A stretch of DNA of 64,000 nucleotides from Octopus vulgaris (lineage: Eukaryota): assembly GCA_951406725.2 (NCBI GenBank), contig OX597841.1, positions 1,426,001 through 1,490,000 on the forward strand. Reading direction: 5' to 3'. The translations under genes were made by a program, and so were the position numbers. This document shows positions 40,701-56,339 of this stretch, piece after piece; position 1 is the first letter of the stretch; each line of letters begins with the position of its first letter. The notes under the pieces are model-generated. The model did not search any database and was not told the DNA's origin. It saw only the letters and a program-made list of their open reading frames with translations.

Positions 40701-43443
40701 CATTTGCATCGTAGAGGACAGTGTTTTCTTCAATGAATAAATTCATGAATCTGTGTTCATGCAGAGAATAATTTCACTCTGATCTTATAATACATGGGAG
40801 CTAATGTTTGATATCCTATAACGATATAGAGTGTCGTTTCATACAGTACACCATACATTTGTCATTTATACTGTCAGAATTATAGATATTCTATTTTTGT
40901 GTCTGGCTTGCAAGATTTTTGATGTGAGGGTTGACTTAGCCTTTCGTCCTTTCAGAAGTGATAAAGTAAATACCAATTGAGCACTGGGTTTAATATGATC
41001 AACTTAACCACTTTCTCCAAAATTGTTGACTTTCTGGCAAAATTTATATAAACTCTACATTTGTGTTCAGGTTTTCTGATGTAGCATCAGTTTATGCGAT
41101 CAATTTTCATTGTAAAATCATACCAGATAACCAGGTTTTATAACGCAAACTCCAAGGTCAAAACCCAAATGGAATTTATATATATATACAGGTGAAGAAA
41201 AAAAGGGCCAGAGAGAGAATGAGAGAGAGAGAGGAAGAGATAGAGAGAGAGAAAGAGAGTGAATTAGTGACAAAGGTGAACTGGTACTTCATTTATTGAC
41301 TTCTTTGCATCTCAAATGGTTGAAAGAAGTACACTTAAATATATATATATGCTTAGATATATAACTATATTTCTATATTGAAACAAACTTTTACATGTAT
41401 AGTATTTTGTTTTCTCTTTTATTTTGTTTTCAATTTTGCCTCCTTGTTCTCCTCATTTGAATGATGTACTCTTTTCTACTGCATGGAGGAAACTACATTT
41501 GGCTTGTGATTCTACAGCAAACGAATGCTTGCTAAATATAAACTTTGCCAAGACCTATCCTGTTTCTACAACTCTATCTGCCTGTGCATCTATATATCTG
41601 TCTGTCTCTCTTTCTGTCTTTCTCTCTTCTCTCTCTAGCCTTTCCATAGATGGGCCATTTCACACTCTTACCTGTGTTTGTTTAATCCATGTTTCTTAGC
41701 TTCATACCTGGATTACTGCAGAAACTGTGAATATAGTTGCAGCATTTGTATAGTATACACATACTCATATACATATCCATACTTACATATATAAATGTCT
41801 GTATGAATTACCTACTGGTGTGTACAGGTGACACTCTAATACCATTCTGATTATATCACTAATAAATAATAATTTATAAATCATTAATAAATATGTGATG
41901 TTGAATTGCCCACTGGTGTGTACAGGTGACACTCTAATACCACTCCAGTACCACTCTGATTATATTTTTGAAGTACAAGTTACATTTTTCTGATTATACC
42001 ATTAATAAATGATCATTTATAAATCATTTAACAGATATTTTATATCCACTGGCAAACAGTTAATACAGGGGAGATAATCATTTTTACATAGTATTTGGTA
42101 GGATTAGGAGTTTGGATTTGAAATCAAGGAATGAGATACATATATACATGTATGTATGTATGTATGTATGTATGTAATGTAATGTAATGTATGTATGTGT
42201 GTATGTATGTATGTGTGCATGGATGGATGTATAGACTGAAAGATAGATAGATAGATAGATAGATAGACAGAAACATAGATATAAGAACACAAAAGAATAC
42301 TCAATTATCTTATGAAGTTCATTAGCTTATAGCTGTTTCTGCTATATAATACATTGGACTCATAGTTGAGTATCTGAATAACACCCTATAGCTTCATCAG
42401 ATCTTCAAATAATGCAATGCTGAAGTGAAATATGTGTGTATATATATATATATATTAATAGTTATCGGCAGGCTAACATGGCAGTCCAGGAAAATAGGAC
42501 AAATGTGGCTGTTGATGCTGTTGATTAGCTCCAAGGGGCCATCGCCTCTAGCTAGCTATGTGACACACAAACCTAGCTAGCTAGAGGTGATGGCCTCTTG
42601 GAGCTAGTCAGTGGCAGCATTCGTCCTATTTTCCTGGACTACCATGCTAGCTTAGCGATAACTATTAATATCCAGTACTGCTGCCATAGTCTCCTTTAGA
42701 GAGATTTAGAAATATTAATATATATATATATATATATATAAATTAACATATATATATTGTCTATCATTATATATCTTTTTGATATATTCTTACCCATTAT
42801 ATATATACCTTTGTGAGTATGTATGTTTATATTTATATACATATGTGTTTGTATGTATGTATGTATACAGGTATGTATGTATATATAGGTGTAGGAGTGG
42901 CTGTATGGTAAGAAGCTTAGTTCCTAACCACATGGTCATAGGTTCAGTCCCTCTGTGTGCCACCTTGGGCAAGTGTCTTCTAGCTTTGCCTAGGGCTGAC
43001 CAAAGCCTTGTGAGCCATGTGGTTACATGATGATGATGTATATATCTAAACATACATATATGTATATGTGTGCATGTGTTTATAATTACATAGCATATGC
43101 CTATATATATATATATAAATATATATACATATATATATATATATCATGTCACGAGACCAAACAGGTCATCAGATGTTGCTACACATCGCTAGTCACAATG
43201 CACTTCGCATTGTTTTAGCCTTCAAGTGATGCCACCCCACTGGCTAAGTGACCAGTCCAACAGAAGAAAGAGTGAAAGTTGTGGCGAAAGAGTACAGCAG
43301 GGATCGCCACCACCCCTTGCCAGAGCCTCATGGAGCTTTAGGTGTGTTTGCTCAATAAACACTCACAACGCCCAGCCTGGGAATCGAAACTGCAATCCTA
43401 TGACCGCGAGTCTGCAGCCCTAACCACTGGGCTATTGTGCCTT

Positions 43444-43496
<53 letters not shown>

Positions 43497-44694
43497 ATAT
43501 GCATCATCATCATCATCATTTAGCGTCCGCTTTCCATTCTGGCATGGGTTGGACAGTGCAACTGGGGTCTGGGAAGCCAAGAGGCTGCACCAGGCCCAGT
43601 CTGATCTGTCAGTGTTTCTATGGCTGGATGCCCTTCCTAACGCCAACCACTCAGAGAGTGTAGTGGGTGCTTTTTACGTGCCGAATTTTAATGTATATGT
43701 TTGATTGTATGTATGTGTGTGAATGCTTATAAATTTAGCTGTGTTTCACTTGTCACAGTGTAACCAAAGAACTGGCAACGATGCCAGTCCTTGTTGGTTA
43801 TTATGACTGGTCACTCTGCACATTCTAAGGTTTGTGGTATAGAAACCACTCACACGAAAATCCTGAGTGTTGACCACAAGAAAAGAATTTGGCTATGAAA
43901 TTCCGCCTGAAAACCCAATTTCCCAACTACTTATGAGATGAGATGCCGCAACTGCGTAGAATTCGGTGTTGATGAATGTGAAAGTATGAAAGAGGGACAT
44001 GAGCTGGTTTCTGGTTGAAGATGTGAATAATGTCACTGGATAGGAAGTGTGAACATAGCTTTGATTCACATATGACTTAATCCTCATTCCCAGAACCTCA
44101 GACGATCTGCTGACCATGCTGTTTGAGCTGGTGATGCATACATAACTCAGCAGTAGGCCTTAAAAAGAACCACATGAAAACAAAATACATTTGGTTCAAA
44201 GACATAGCATAAGTCCTGGTGGAGGAGGGTAACAATAAAATCAAGGAGTACATCTACTTAGGGCAGTGTAAAGAGTAAGAGTAAAGAACCCCTTTGGCCA
44301 TTCATGACCATGGGCTTGCACCTAGAATGTTCTCTTCCAAGGCACATGCCCAGGCAAGGTTGTTTATAGAAGACCAGCAGTTGCTCGTGCATACCAGCCC
44401 CTCCTCTCCATGCCACTGATGGCACCAATGATGTCACAGCTCATTTCTATAGCTGAGTGAACGGGAGCAATATATGAAATGAAGTGCTTAGGGCACACAG
44501 TGAATATGTGCTAAGATATGGATGCTGAAATCTCAAAGAGAATATGGATGGAAGGTATTTACTTCAATTAAAGATATGCTCAAAGGAAAAGTATTGCTTT
44601 CAAAAGTCCCAAATTACTATGGTGACTGTAAAAAACTTAGGAATGCATATCATTAATAATGCATGGGCCCCAAGGAAGTATGTCCTGTATATTA

Positions 44695-45890
44695 CTTGTG
44701 ATACACAGGACAGGTAAAGTGCTAAGATGAGTCTTATGGAATCTGATGATGAATTTGTGATACAAGGGACAAGCAAAGGATTAAGATGAGTCTTATGGAC
44801 TCTGATGGTGAATTTGTGATACATTGGACAAGCAAAGGATTAAGATGAGCCTTATGGACTCTGATGATGAATTTGTGATACATTGGACAAGCAAAGGATT
44901 AAGATGAGCCTTATGGACTCTGATGATGAATTTGTGATACATGGGACAAGCAAAGGATTAAGATGAATCTTATTGACTCTGATGATGAATTTGTGATACA
45001 TGGGACAAATAAGATGAGTCTTATGGACTCTGATGATCAATTTGTGATACATGGGACAAGCAAAGGATTAAGATGAATCTTATGACTCTGATGATCAATT
45101 TGTGATACATGGGACATGCAAAGGATTAAGATGAGTCTTATGGACTCTGATGATGAATTTGTGATACATGGGACAAGCAAAGGATTAAGATGAGTCTTAT
45201 GGACTCTGATGATGAATTTGTGATACATGGGACAAGCAAAGGATTAAGATGAATCTTATTGACTCTGATGATGAATTTGTGATACATGGGACAAGCAAAG
45301 GATTAAGATGAGTCTTATGGAATCTGATGATGAATTTGTGATACATGGGACAAGCAAAGGATTAAGATGAGTCTTATGGAATCTGATGATGAATTTGTGA
45401 TACATGGGACAAGCAAAGGATTAAGATGAATCTTATGGACTCTGATGATGAATTTGTGATACATGGGACAAGCAAAGGATTAAGATGAATCTTATGGACT
45501 CTGATGATGAATTTGTGATACATGAGACAAGCAAAGGATTAAGATGAGTCTTATGACTCTGATGAGGAATTTGTGATACATGGGACAAGCAAAGGATTAA
45601 GATGAGTCTTATGACTCTGATGAGGAATTTGTGATACATGGGACAAGCAAAGGATTAAGATGAGTCTTATGGACTCTGATGATGAATTTGTGATACATGG
45701 GACATGTATAGGATTAAGATGAGTCTTATGGAATCTGATGATGAATTTGTGATACAAGGGACATGTATAGGGTTAAGATGAGTCTTATGGACTCTGATGA
45801 TGAATTTGTGATACATGGGACAAGCAAAGGATTAAGATGAATCTTATGGACTCTGATGATGAATTTGTGATACATGGGACAAGCAGAGAG
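44695..45890. repeat. 59-bp tandem array (~20 copies)
   Basis: Unit gatgagtcttatggactctgatgatgaatttgtgatacatgggacaagcaaaggattaa. Confidence 0.95.
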
Positions 45891-46342
45891 TTAATGATTT
45901 TTTAAATTTGAAATTAAGTAGCAGAAAATTTATTGGTCAGTAGAGAATTTATCAATCAGTACTTCATATATTGACAATCAATATAAAGCTGAATGATCAT
46001 TATGGAATATATTGATCAGTATATACATTATTGATCAGTAAGGAATTTATGAATGAGTATAAACGTCATCAGTCAGCTTGGAATATGTTGATCAATATTG
46101 AAACTATCGATCAGTTTACACTTTATTGATCAATATGGAATATATTACTCAATCAATGAAAGATACTTAACAAGATCAAAATAGTTTTTTTCCGTAAAAC
46201 TTGTCAGGCTCTATTTGTTTAACCAATTTGAAAGACTGCCAAATCGCATTTCTATTGGAAAAAATTGATTGCCTTGTCGTCATTTCGCCACAGGGCAGCC
46301 CTTATCAAAACCCCTACTTTGTGTCAGTATTCCTCAGACATA

Positions 46343-46562
46343 CGAGGGCATGCTGAAAAAAGTTCCTGGCTTTAAGGATATCATGAAAGGCCTAGCTGGA
46401 GCGCCAACCTTCCGAGTTCTTTTACAGGGCTTAGAAAAACTGAAGGACCACTGCAATAAGTGTGTGAATCTGAGAGGGGAACATGTTGAATAGAATCATA
46501 ATTAGCTGATCCTCCTGTAATTTCTTTTATCCAAAGCCAAGAACTTTTCAGCCCCTCCCCCC
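46343..46562 (+). mobile_element. Mariner-derived MITE
   Basis: TA|cgagggcatgctgaaaaaagttcctggcttt ... aaagccaagaacttttcagcccctc TIRs; retains the transposase tail GLEKLKDHCNKCVNLRGEHVE*. Related 5' fragment at ~33568-33645. Confidence 0.75.
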
Positions 46563-46967
46563 ATATATATCATCATCATCATCATCGTTTAACGTCCGCT
46601 TTCCATGCTAGCATGGGTTGGACGGTTCAACTGGGGTCTAGGAAGCCAGAAGGCTGCACCAGGCTCCAGTCTTATCTGGCAATGTTTCTACAGCTGGATG
46701 CCCTTCCTAACGCCAACCACTCCATGAGTGTAGTGGGTACTTTTTACGTGCCACCTGCACAGGTGCCAGGCGAGGCTGGCAACGGCCACGGTCGGATTGG
46801 TGTATTTTACGTGCCACCGGCACGGAAGCCAGTCGAGGCAGCGCTGGCATCGGCCACGAGTCGGATAGTGCTTTTAACGTACCACCAGACCAGGGATATA
46901 TATATATATATAGGCGAGAAATCCTTAGAGGCTTTAAATACCTCTAACTTATACATATATATATGTG

Positions 46968-47442
46968 TGGAGGCGCAATGGCCCAGTGGTTAGGGCAGTG
47001 GACTCGCAGTCATAGGATTGCAGTTTTGATTCCTAGAGCAGGCATTGTGAGTGTTTATTGAGTGAAAATATCTAAAGCTCCACGAGGCTCCAGCAGGGGG
47101 TGGTGGTGAACCCTGCTGTACTCTTTCACCACAACTTTCTCCCTCTCTTTCTTCCTGTTTCTGTTGTACCTGTATTTCGAAGGGCCAGCCTTGTCACACT
47201 CTGTGTCATGTTGAATCCACCCGAGAACTACGTTAAGGGTACACGTGTCTGTGGAGTGTTCAGCCACTTGCACGTTAAGAAATGCGATGTGACATCACAG
47301 GTGCCAAGCTGTATTGGCCCCTTTGCCTTTCCCTTGGATAACACTGGTGGCATGGAGAGGGGAGGCCGGAATACATGGGCAACTGCTGGTCTTCCATAAA
47401 CAATGTTGCCCCCAAACTTGTGCCTCGGAGGGTAACTTTCTA
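46968..47442 (+). mobile_element. tRNA(Arg)-like SINE family D (OR-type octopus SINE-like)
   Basis: Head ggaggcgcaatggcccagtggttagggcagtggactcgcagtc... with a TCG anticodon-like loop. Related copies at 43150-43446(-), 32688-33025(+) and 44285-44490(-). Confidence 0.7.
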
Positions 47443-47993
47443 CGTAAAAGAATAAAAGAATTATAAAATCATAAAAACATAAATATTGTATAAATTTGTA
47501 TGAAAACGGATGACAGATGTCGTGGCTGCTAACGGGAGTCGTAAATATGGTTATTACCTGTTGACCTTTGGCTCTCAACTACTCATGTAATTCAATACAG
47601 GTAAGTTGATTACATGTAGGCATTTTCACATGTATTTGCAAGATATCAATTCTTAGCATGGATTTCCTATCTCTAAACTGAATTTGTGTTTCATTAATCT
47701 CTGTAACTTCGAAGCTGCAGAACTCCCATTAGGAGGGGGGAAAAAAAGCCAAGCATTCTGACGTATATCTTCGTCTCCTTTATCACTAAGAAATAATGTT
47801 ATTTACTCATATAAAAATAATTGCGTGCCCCTCATAAAATTACCAGTAGGCAGAAACACTGCCTTTAAAATATATCAGTAAATTCAAGTTTTACTTTGAT
47901 TTATTCTATGCTGTTCCCTAACGATGCAATAATCAAAGCAATAATGAAATATAGGATCAACGTGCATCTCTTCAGTCTTTAAATGTCTGTATG

Positions 47994-48905
47994 AATTACC
48001 TACTGGTGTGTACAGGTGACACTCTAATACCATTCTGATTATATCGCTAATAAATAATAATTTATAAATCATTAATAAATATGTGATGTTGAATTACCTA
48101 CTGGTGTGTGCAGGTGACACTCTAATACCATTCTGATTATATCACTAATAAATGATAATTTATAAATCATTAATAAATATGTGATGTTGAATTGCCCACT
48201 GGTGTGTACAGGTGACACTCTAATACCATTCTGATTATATCACTAATAAATAATAATTTATAAATCATTAATAAATATGTGATGTTGAATTACCTACTGG
48301 TGTGTGCAGGTGACACTCTAATACCATTCTGATTATATCACTAATAAATGATAATTTATAAATCATTAATAAATATGTGATGTTGAATTGCCCACTGGTG
48401 TGTACAGGTGACACTCTAATACCATTCTGATTATATCACTAATAAATAATAATTTATAAATCATTAATAAATATGTGATGTTGAATTACCTACTGGTGTG
48501 TGCAGGTGACACTCTAATACCATTCTGATTATATCACTAATAAATGATAATTTATAAATCATTAATAAATATGTGATGTTGAATTGCCCACTGGTGTGTA
48601 CAGGTGACACTCTAATACCATTCTGATTATATCACTAATAAATAATAATTTATAAATCATTAATAAATATGTGATGTTGAATTGCCCACTGGTGTGTACA
48701 GGTGACACTCTAATACCATTCTGATTATATCACTAATAAATAATAATTTATAAATCATTAATAAATATGTGATGTTGAATTGCCCACTGTTGTGTACAGG
48801 TGACACTCTAATACCATTCTGATTATATCACTAATAAATAATAATTTATAAATCATTAATAAATATGTGATGTTGAATTGCCCACTGGTGTGTACAGATG
48901 ACACT
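47994..48905. repeat. 98-bp tandem array (~9.3 copies)
   Basis: actggtgtg recurs every 98 bp from 48002; two unit variants alternate in the middle. Confidence 0.95.
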
Positions 48906-49385
48906 CCAGTACCACTCTGATTATATTTTTGAAGTACAAGTTACATTTTTCTGATTATATCACTAATAAATGATAATTTATAAATCATTTAACAGATGTA
49001 TTATATCCACTGGCAAACAGTTAATACAAGGGAGATAATCATTATTACATAGTATTTGGTAGGATTAGGAGTTTGGATTTGAAATCACGGAATGAGATAA
49101 AAGATGCATAGTTTTCATGTATTTATTTATTCATTATTTTTGCTGTTTACTTTTTATGAGGTTCTTAAAATTTCTACTCTATGGTAGTCATGTATAGCAC
49201 TCTTTCATCCTTTTTAGAAACTGTCAGCGTAGTAAAATCTGAAGATTATTAATTAAACTTTTCATGAAGTGAAAATTATACCATCAAATTCTAACTCACT
49301 AATTTAGGTATTATTGCTGTGATGCTTGAAAGTGAAAGGAAGGAAAATATCCTAAGAAAATTTACTAAGAAAATATCCTAAGATA

Positions 49386-49790
49386 GGCATAGGAGTAGCT
49401 GTGTGGTAAGTAGCTTACTTACAAACCACATGGTTCTGGGTTCAGTCCCACTGCGTGACACCTTGGGCAAGTGTCTTCTAATATAGCCTCGGGCCGACCA
49501 AAGCCTAAGAGTGGATTTGGTAAATGAAAACTGAAAGAAGTCCGTCGTATATATGTGTATGTATATATGTATGTGTGTGTGTATATTTTTGGGTGTCTGT
49601 GTTTGTCCCATCAACATCACTTGACAACCGATGGTGGTGTGTTTACGTCCCCGTAACTTAGCAATTCGGCAAAAGAGACCGATAGAATAAGTACTAGGTT
49701 TACAAAGATTAATCCTGGGGTCGATTTGCTCGATTAAAGGCAGTGCTCCATCATGGCCGCAGTCAAATGACTGAAACAAGTAAAAAAAAT
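49386..49790 (+). mobile_element. SINE family A, full length
   Basis: Colinear with 6024-6447. Confidence 0.85.
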
Positions 49791-50281
49791 AAAAATCCGA
49801 AATGTTCATACTCTAATGTCACAGGTAAAAGAAACGAAAAATTCCTGTCATCGTTTGTAGGAGTTCTTCATGGATGGGTGGGTGGGTAAAAATCCAAGGA
49901 ATTCTTATTGAAACCTCATGAATGAAAGAGTGGAGAATGTGGATAATCCCTTATAGCTGGTTCAGAAGTTTGGTGTTCATGACACGCAGTAACAAGTATC
50001 TCTTGGAACATACCTCAATGTCTAAAGAAATCCTCAAAATCTCTCTCTCTCTCTCTGTTTTCATGTTCTCCTCTTGTCTTTCGCTACAGATATTTCTCTA
50101 CAAAACAAAATCTCTGTCTCTGTTGTCAATACTTCGAAATTATCGTTCAGCTACGTTTATGAATATGTATTGCCATACATAATTGCATTTTAAATTCATT
50201 TGATGAGGTCAATAGATCAAAACATGTGTGACCGCTTGTAACAAATATTTAAAATACTATATATGCGTGTCTGTGTGTATG

Positions 50282-50314
<33 letters not shown>

Positions 50315-50548
50315 CTGTGTGTGTATATATAAATACATATATATATTAAATATATATATTATATATACATAATATATATATATGTATATATATATATATA
50401 TGTATAATATATATATATATATACAGATATATAATATAAACGTGCATCTTTATATACATACATACCCTTTTCAACTCGTTTCAACCCTTTGGTTGCAGTC
50501 ATATGTTTCTATAAGTATATATATATATAACCAAAAAAATTGTTTTGC

Positions 50549-50600
<52 letters not shown>

Positions 50601-50696
50601 CATGTATACATCAAGACAGAATTGGAAGTGCATTGTGACTAGCAGTGCATAAAAGCATTTGATTGTCTGGTCAATACTGTGATACTGTGATGTATG

Positions 50697-50750
<54 letters not shown>

Positions 50751-50994
50751 GTATATATATAATATATGGATGTATAAAGAGAGAGATAGAGACGTGTATA
50801 TGAAAGCATGTATGGACAGGTATGATAGTAAATAGGTATACAACGATATCAAATCTCATATACACTAACTCAAATGTAAAGAATTTGCTATAATATATAA
50901 TAAATGAAACTGAAAGTATCTCTCATAAAACTAATAATGCTAACTACTACTATTGCTACTACTACTTCTACGACGACTATTACTAGCACTACTG

Positions 50995-51039
<45 letters not shown>

Positions 51040-51288
51040 ATAATGTTACTATTACTATTGCTGTCTAATTCATCATGATGTGGAGACAAATAGCTGTGTA
51101 TATATATATATATATATACACAAAAATACATAGACATATATACACATATATATACACTTATAGATAGGTAGATGGATAGATCAATATTTACATAATATGT
51201 ATAGGTAGATAGCTAATATATACATATGTACACACAAATATATATATATATATATATATATCCATATATCTGTGTGTATGTACGTATA

Positions 51289-51348
<60 letters not shown>

Positions 51349-51376
51349 TATATATCCATATATGTGTGTGTATGTA

Positions 51377-51436
<60 letters not shown>

Positions 51437-51470
51437 TATATATCCATATATGTGTGTGTATGTATGTACA

Positions 51471-51506
<36 letters not shown>

Positions 51507-51746
51507 CAATACACATATGTGTGTGTGTATTTAAGTATGCATATATATGTGTATGTATATGTATGCACATATATATATACATGGAAATACATGCATATGT
51601 ATAGGTGTGTATATCTACACATGATGACGATGCTATCTATGTATAATGTATATATATTTAGGTATGTGTACTGATGTACACATATGTATATATATTTATA
51701 TATATATATGCCCCTATATATATATACATGCCTGTATGTATATTTA

Positions 51747-51794
<48 letters not shown>

Positions 51795-52525
51795 CACGCA
51801 TAGTTATATGTGAACTTTTGTATACATATAGATATATATATATATAATTTTATATATACATGCACACACACATATACATACACATACATATATATATATG
51901 TATGTATTTCAGTTTGCTTTTATTTTTAATTCTTTATAATATTTTTGGAGTATATTCATATGTACACAGACATATACAAGTATATATGTATGTATAGATA
52001 TGTGTGTGTGCATATGTGTATATATATGTGTGTGCGTGTATATATATAAATATATATATATGTATATATATATATATGTATATATATATATGTATATATA
52101 TGTGTATATATATGTATATATATATATGTATATATATGTGTATATATATATATATATATGTGTGTGTGTATATATATATCTATACATGTGCATACATTTA
52201 CATCTAAATATGTGTGTGCGTATATCTATATATATATGCATGTGTATGTATATAAATATGTATATATGTGTATGTATGTATATGTGTATATACGTTTACA
52301 TATACATTTATTTGTACGTATGTGTGCATATATAGGCACACACACAGACACATATATCTATATATATATACATACATATTTTTATATATAAATATATATT
52401 TATATATACACATATATATATATATATACATATCATATATACATATATATGTGTGTGTGTATATATCCACATATATATATAATGTGTACTATATGCATAT
52501 ATACATTTAAAGATTCATATGTATA

Positions 52526-52582
<57 letters not shown>

Positions 52583-52589
52583 TATACTA

Positions 52590-52708
<119 letters not shown>

Positions 52709-53508
52709 ATATATGTATATATATATGTATATATATATATGTGTATGTATGTATGTATTATATATATAAGACATGCCCTTTGTAGGAAGAATGGTTTTTA
52801 GATGTTTTTCTTCTTTCTCTGTTCTTTCCAGCTAGCCATTTTTGACAACTTGGAATGCTGCTTCGAAAGATGTTCAAGGAGAGATGCCTTGCCTTGACTA
52901 ACTATAATTGCCATCAATGATAATGATAATAGTTATTTATCATACTTCCAAAAAAAAAAAAAAAAAAATCATCCAAAAAAAATTACAACAGCAACAACAG
53001 CAACATTAAGGTTGATATACACATAGCCATGCCGATGTTGAACAAAGTGAAACAAAAATGACAAGCTTTTAACATGATCCCTCTCTCTTCTAAAAAGAGA
53101 GTTTTGTTAACCACAACAAAAAAAAAAAAAGACCCTCATCAGAAAAACAAAAAAAGAGCGTCAGACGAATGAAAATAAGGAAGAAATATCTGTTTACATA
53201 TATATATACATATGTATGTATATATGTATGTATAAACATACAGATGCCCTTGGTAAAATGCGGGTCGTTTTAAAACTCTCACCCTGTCCAGTTTGTTGAT
53301 CCTTAACGAATATATTTTGGTTAACGAGGATTCCTTGCTAATACCTGATGCAGTAAAGACGGTTTACAAGTTAGGAAGGCTTGAGGAAAATCATAAAATA
53401 TTAAGTGGTAGATCTGTGCACATACATTACGTTTGCCTCCCAGATATATTGTTTATATAATGCATACATAACTATATATATATATATATATGTATATGTA
53501 TATACATG

Positions 53509-53550
<42 letters not shown>

Positions 53551-53620
53551 CACATGAGTATATATATATATATATATATGTAGATATATGAGTATATATA
53601 TATATGTGTGTGTGTGTGTC

Positions 53621-53671
<51 letters not shown>

Positions 53672-54099
53672 TATATTTAGCTATACACATACATATTAAA
53701 ATGTATATATGTATACATGCATTTATATATATATATATACACATATATATGCATATATATATATATATATTTATAAATATATGTATATATATATGTGTAT
53801 GTATGTAGATATGTAAGTATGTATGTATGTGTGTGTGTGTGCGTATGTGTGTGTGTGTGCTCTTTCAAAATTAGCTGGTCCTCTTTATTGTTGCTCTGGG
53901 TTTTTCGCTTGTGTGCTTTTCGTTCAGGTTATGCTACACAAGGGAGACAAATCAAGTTGAACAAGTGCGAACGAAAAAACTCTGCTTCATACATCAAGTA
54001 CATCCCTTCCTTGTACAATAGTAGGTATAAGTGTGAGTATGTGTGTGTATATATATATATGTACACACACACATATATATATATATGTATATATATATG

Positions 54100-54166
<67 letters not shown>

Positions 54167-54761
54167 CGACACGGATATTGAATTTTTAGTTGTCATTTTG
54201 AAAGACTTTTACGAATAATGGCTAAAATTTACTTGACAGGGAGACTTGATGCTTGCAGTAGAGTGAAGTTTATTGCAAAATTAACCCCTATGGTGACAGG
54301 GTTTCCTTTAGCACCTTATTCTCCTAGGCTAATTTAAACGTCCAGTCCAAACTTATTTTGCAATATATGTATGTGTGTGCGTGTGTGTGTATGTCTGCAT
54401 GTATGTATATTAATATCACCATATATGCAGTTATGTATATATGTAACTATATTCTTATATATATATATATATATATGTGTGTATATATATATAGGTATAT
54501 GTATGTATGTATATATATGTATGTATATATGAGTGTATATATACTTATATATAGATCGTTTAAGCAGACGTTAAACGATTAAACAATCTATATATAAGTA
54601 TATATATACGTATATATATACATATATATATACATGTATATATATATATACATAGATGTGTATGTGTATATATATATATATATATATATACATATATACT
54701 TATATATGTATATATATATAAGTGTATATATATATATATGAGTATATATATATATATATAT

Positions 54762-54823
<62 letters not shown>

Positions 54824-55179
54824 TTATATATATATATTGAAAGGATGTTAGTGGAACTCCCTCTTGTTACAATATGACAGGCAGCAAAAACATTTAAACA
54901 AAACAGTTCATGATATTTCATTGATATTGCTTTAAAAGGTTTGCTATCACTCTACTTTCCATCCCTCCAGGGGCAGCAAATTAAGTCTCCTGTTAATATA
55001 GTGTTAATAAGGTAATTAGTGCTGTGTTAGTCAGCGTTTCCCCCACTCACAGTCAAACCTCTGTGGACTTATACTTTTGATAAGAATTATATTAGACATA
55101 TCACCTACAGTTCATACATATTTGTTTGATGGGCGGATGGATGGATCCATGTGTACAATGTGAGTGTATGTACCTGTAC

Positions 55180-55239
<60 letters not shown>

Positions 55240-55258
55240 GTATACATATATATATATA

Positions 55259-55300
<42 letters not shown>

Positions 55301-55520
55301 GATGTGTGTGTGTATATATATATGTGTGTGTTTGTATATATATATATATATATGCACTCACACACGTGTATATATATATATGTACAGTATATTCTATAAT
55401 CTGTGATATATGATATATATAGACATGCACGCACACACACACACACACATACATGCACACATACACACTCACATGTACATACTCATATATGTCATTGCTA
55501 TATGAAATGTAACATCAGAA

Positions 55521-55551
<31 letters not shown>

Positions 55552-55923
55552 CTATAAATTTAGATGTGTTTGTATAGATGGCTCTATTCTTTTGTATGCG
55601 TGATGTGTGTGTATGTTGTGTGTATATATATGTGTGTGTATGGATGTATACGTATGTACTACTTATATGCATAATGATAGTCAGTCATTGATATGAATTA
55701 ATAGTTTGTCTCGTTTGCTTCTATAATTATAATCCATTATCTTGGAAATATTCCAATTTAGTGCAATGAGCTGCCAACTAATTCCCTTCAAAATAAAACA
55801 AACTTCGAATAAGCAAAAATATTCGTCTTTATAATTCAGATTTAGGAATTGTAGATGAAATGGAAAAGAAATTCCAAATTAAATAAATATATATATATAT
55901 AGATAGATATATGTATACATACA

Positions 55924-56339
<416 letters not shown>

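Noticed and set aside
43760-44140. Complex sequence that looks coding
   Set aside because: No long open frame beyond a 74-aa minus ORF without a recognisable motif; no convincing splice sites.
44695-45890. Tandem hammerhead ribozyme array
   Set aside because: CTGATGA is present but there is no stem II or GAAA box in the unit.
46968-47045. tRNA gene
   Set aside because: It is the tRNA-like head of a SINE: degenerate B box and acceptor stem, continuing into the repeat body. The same applies to the other SINE heads.
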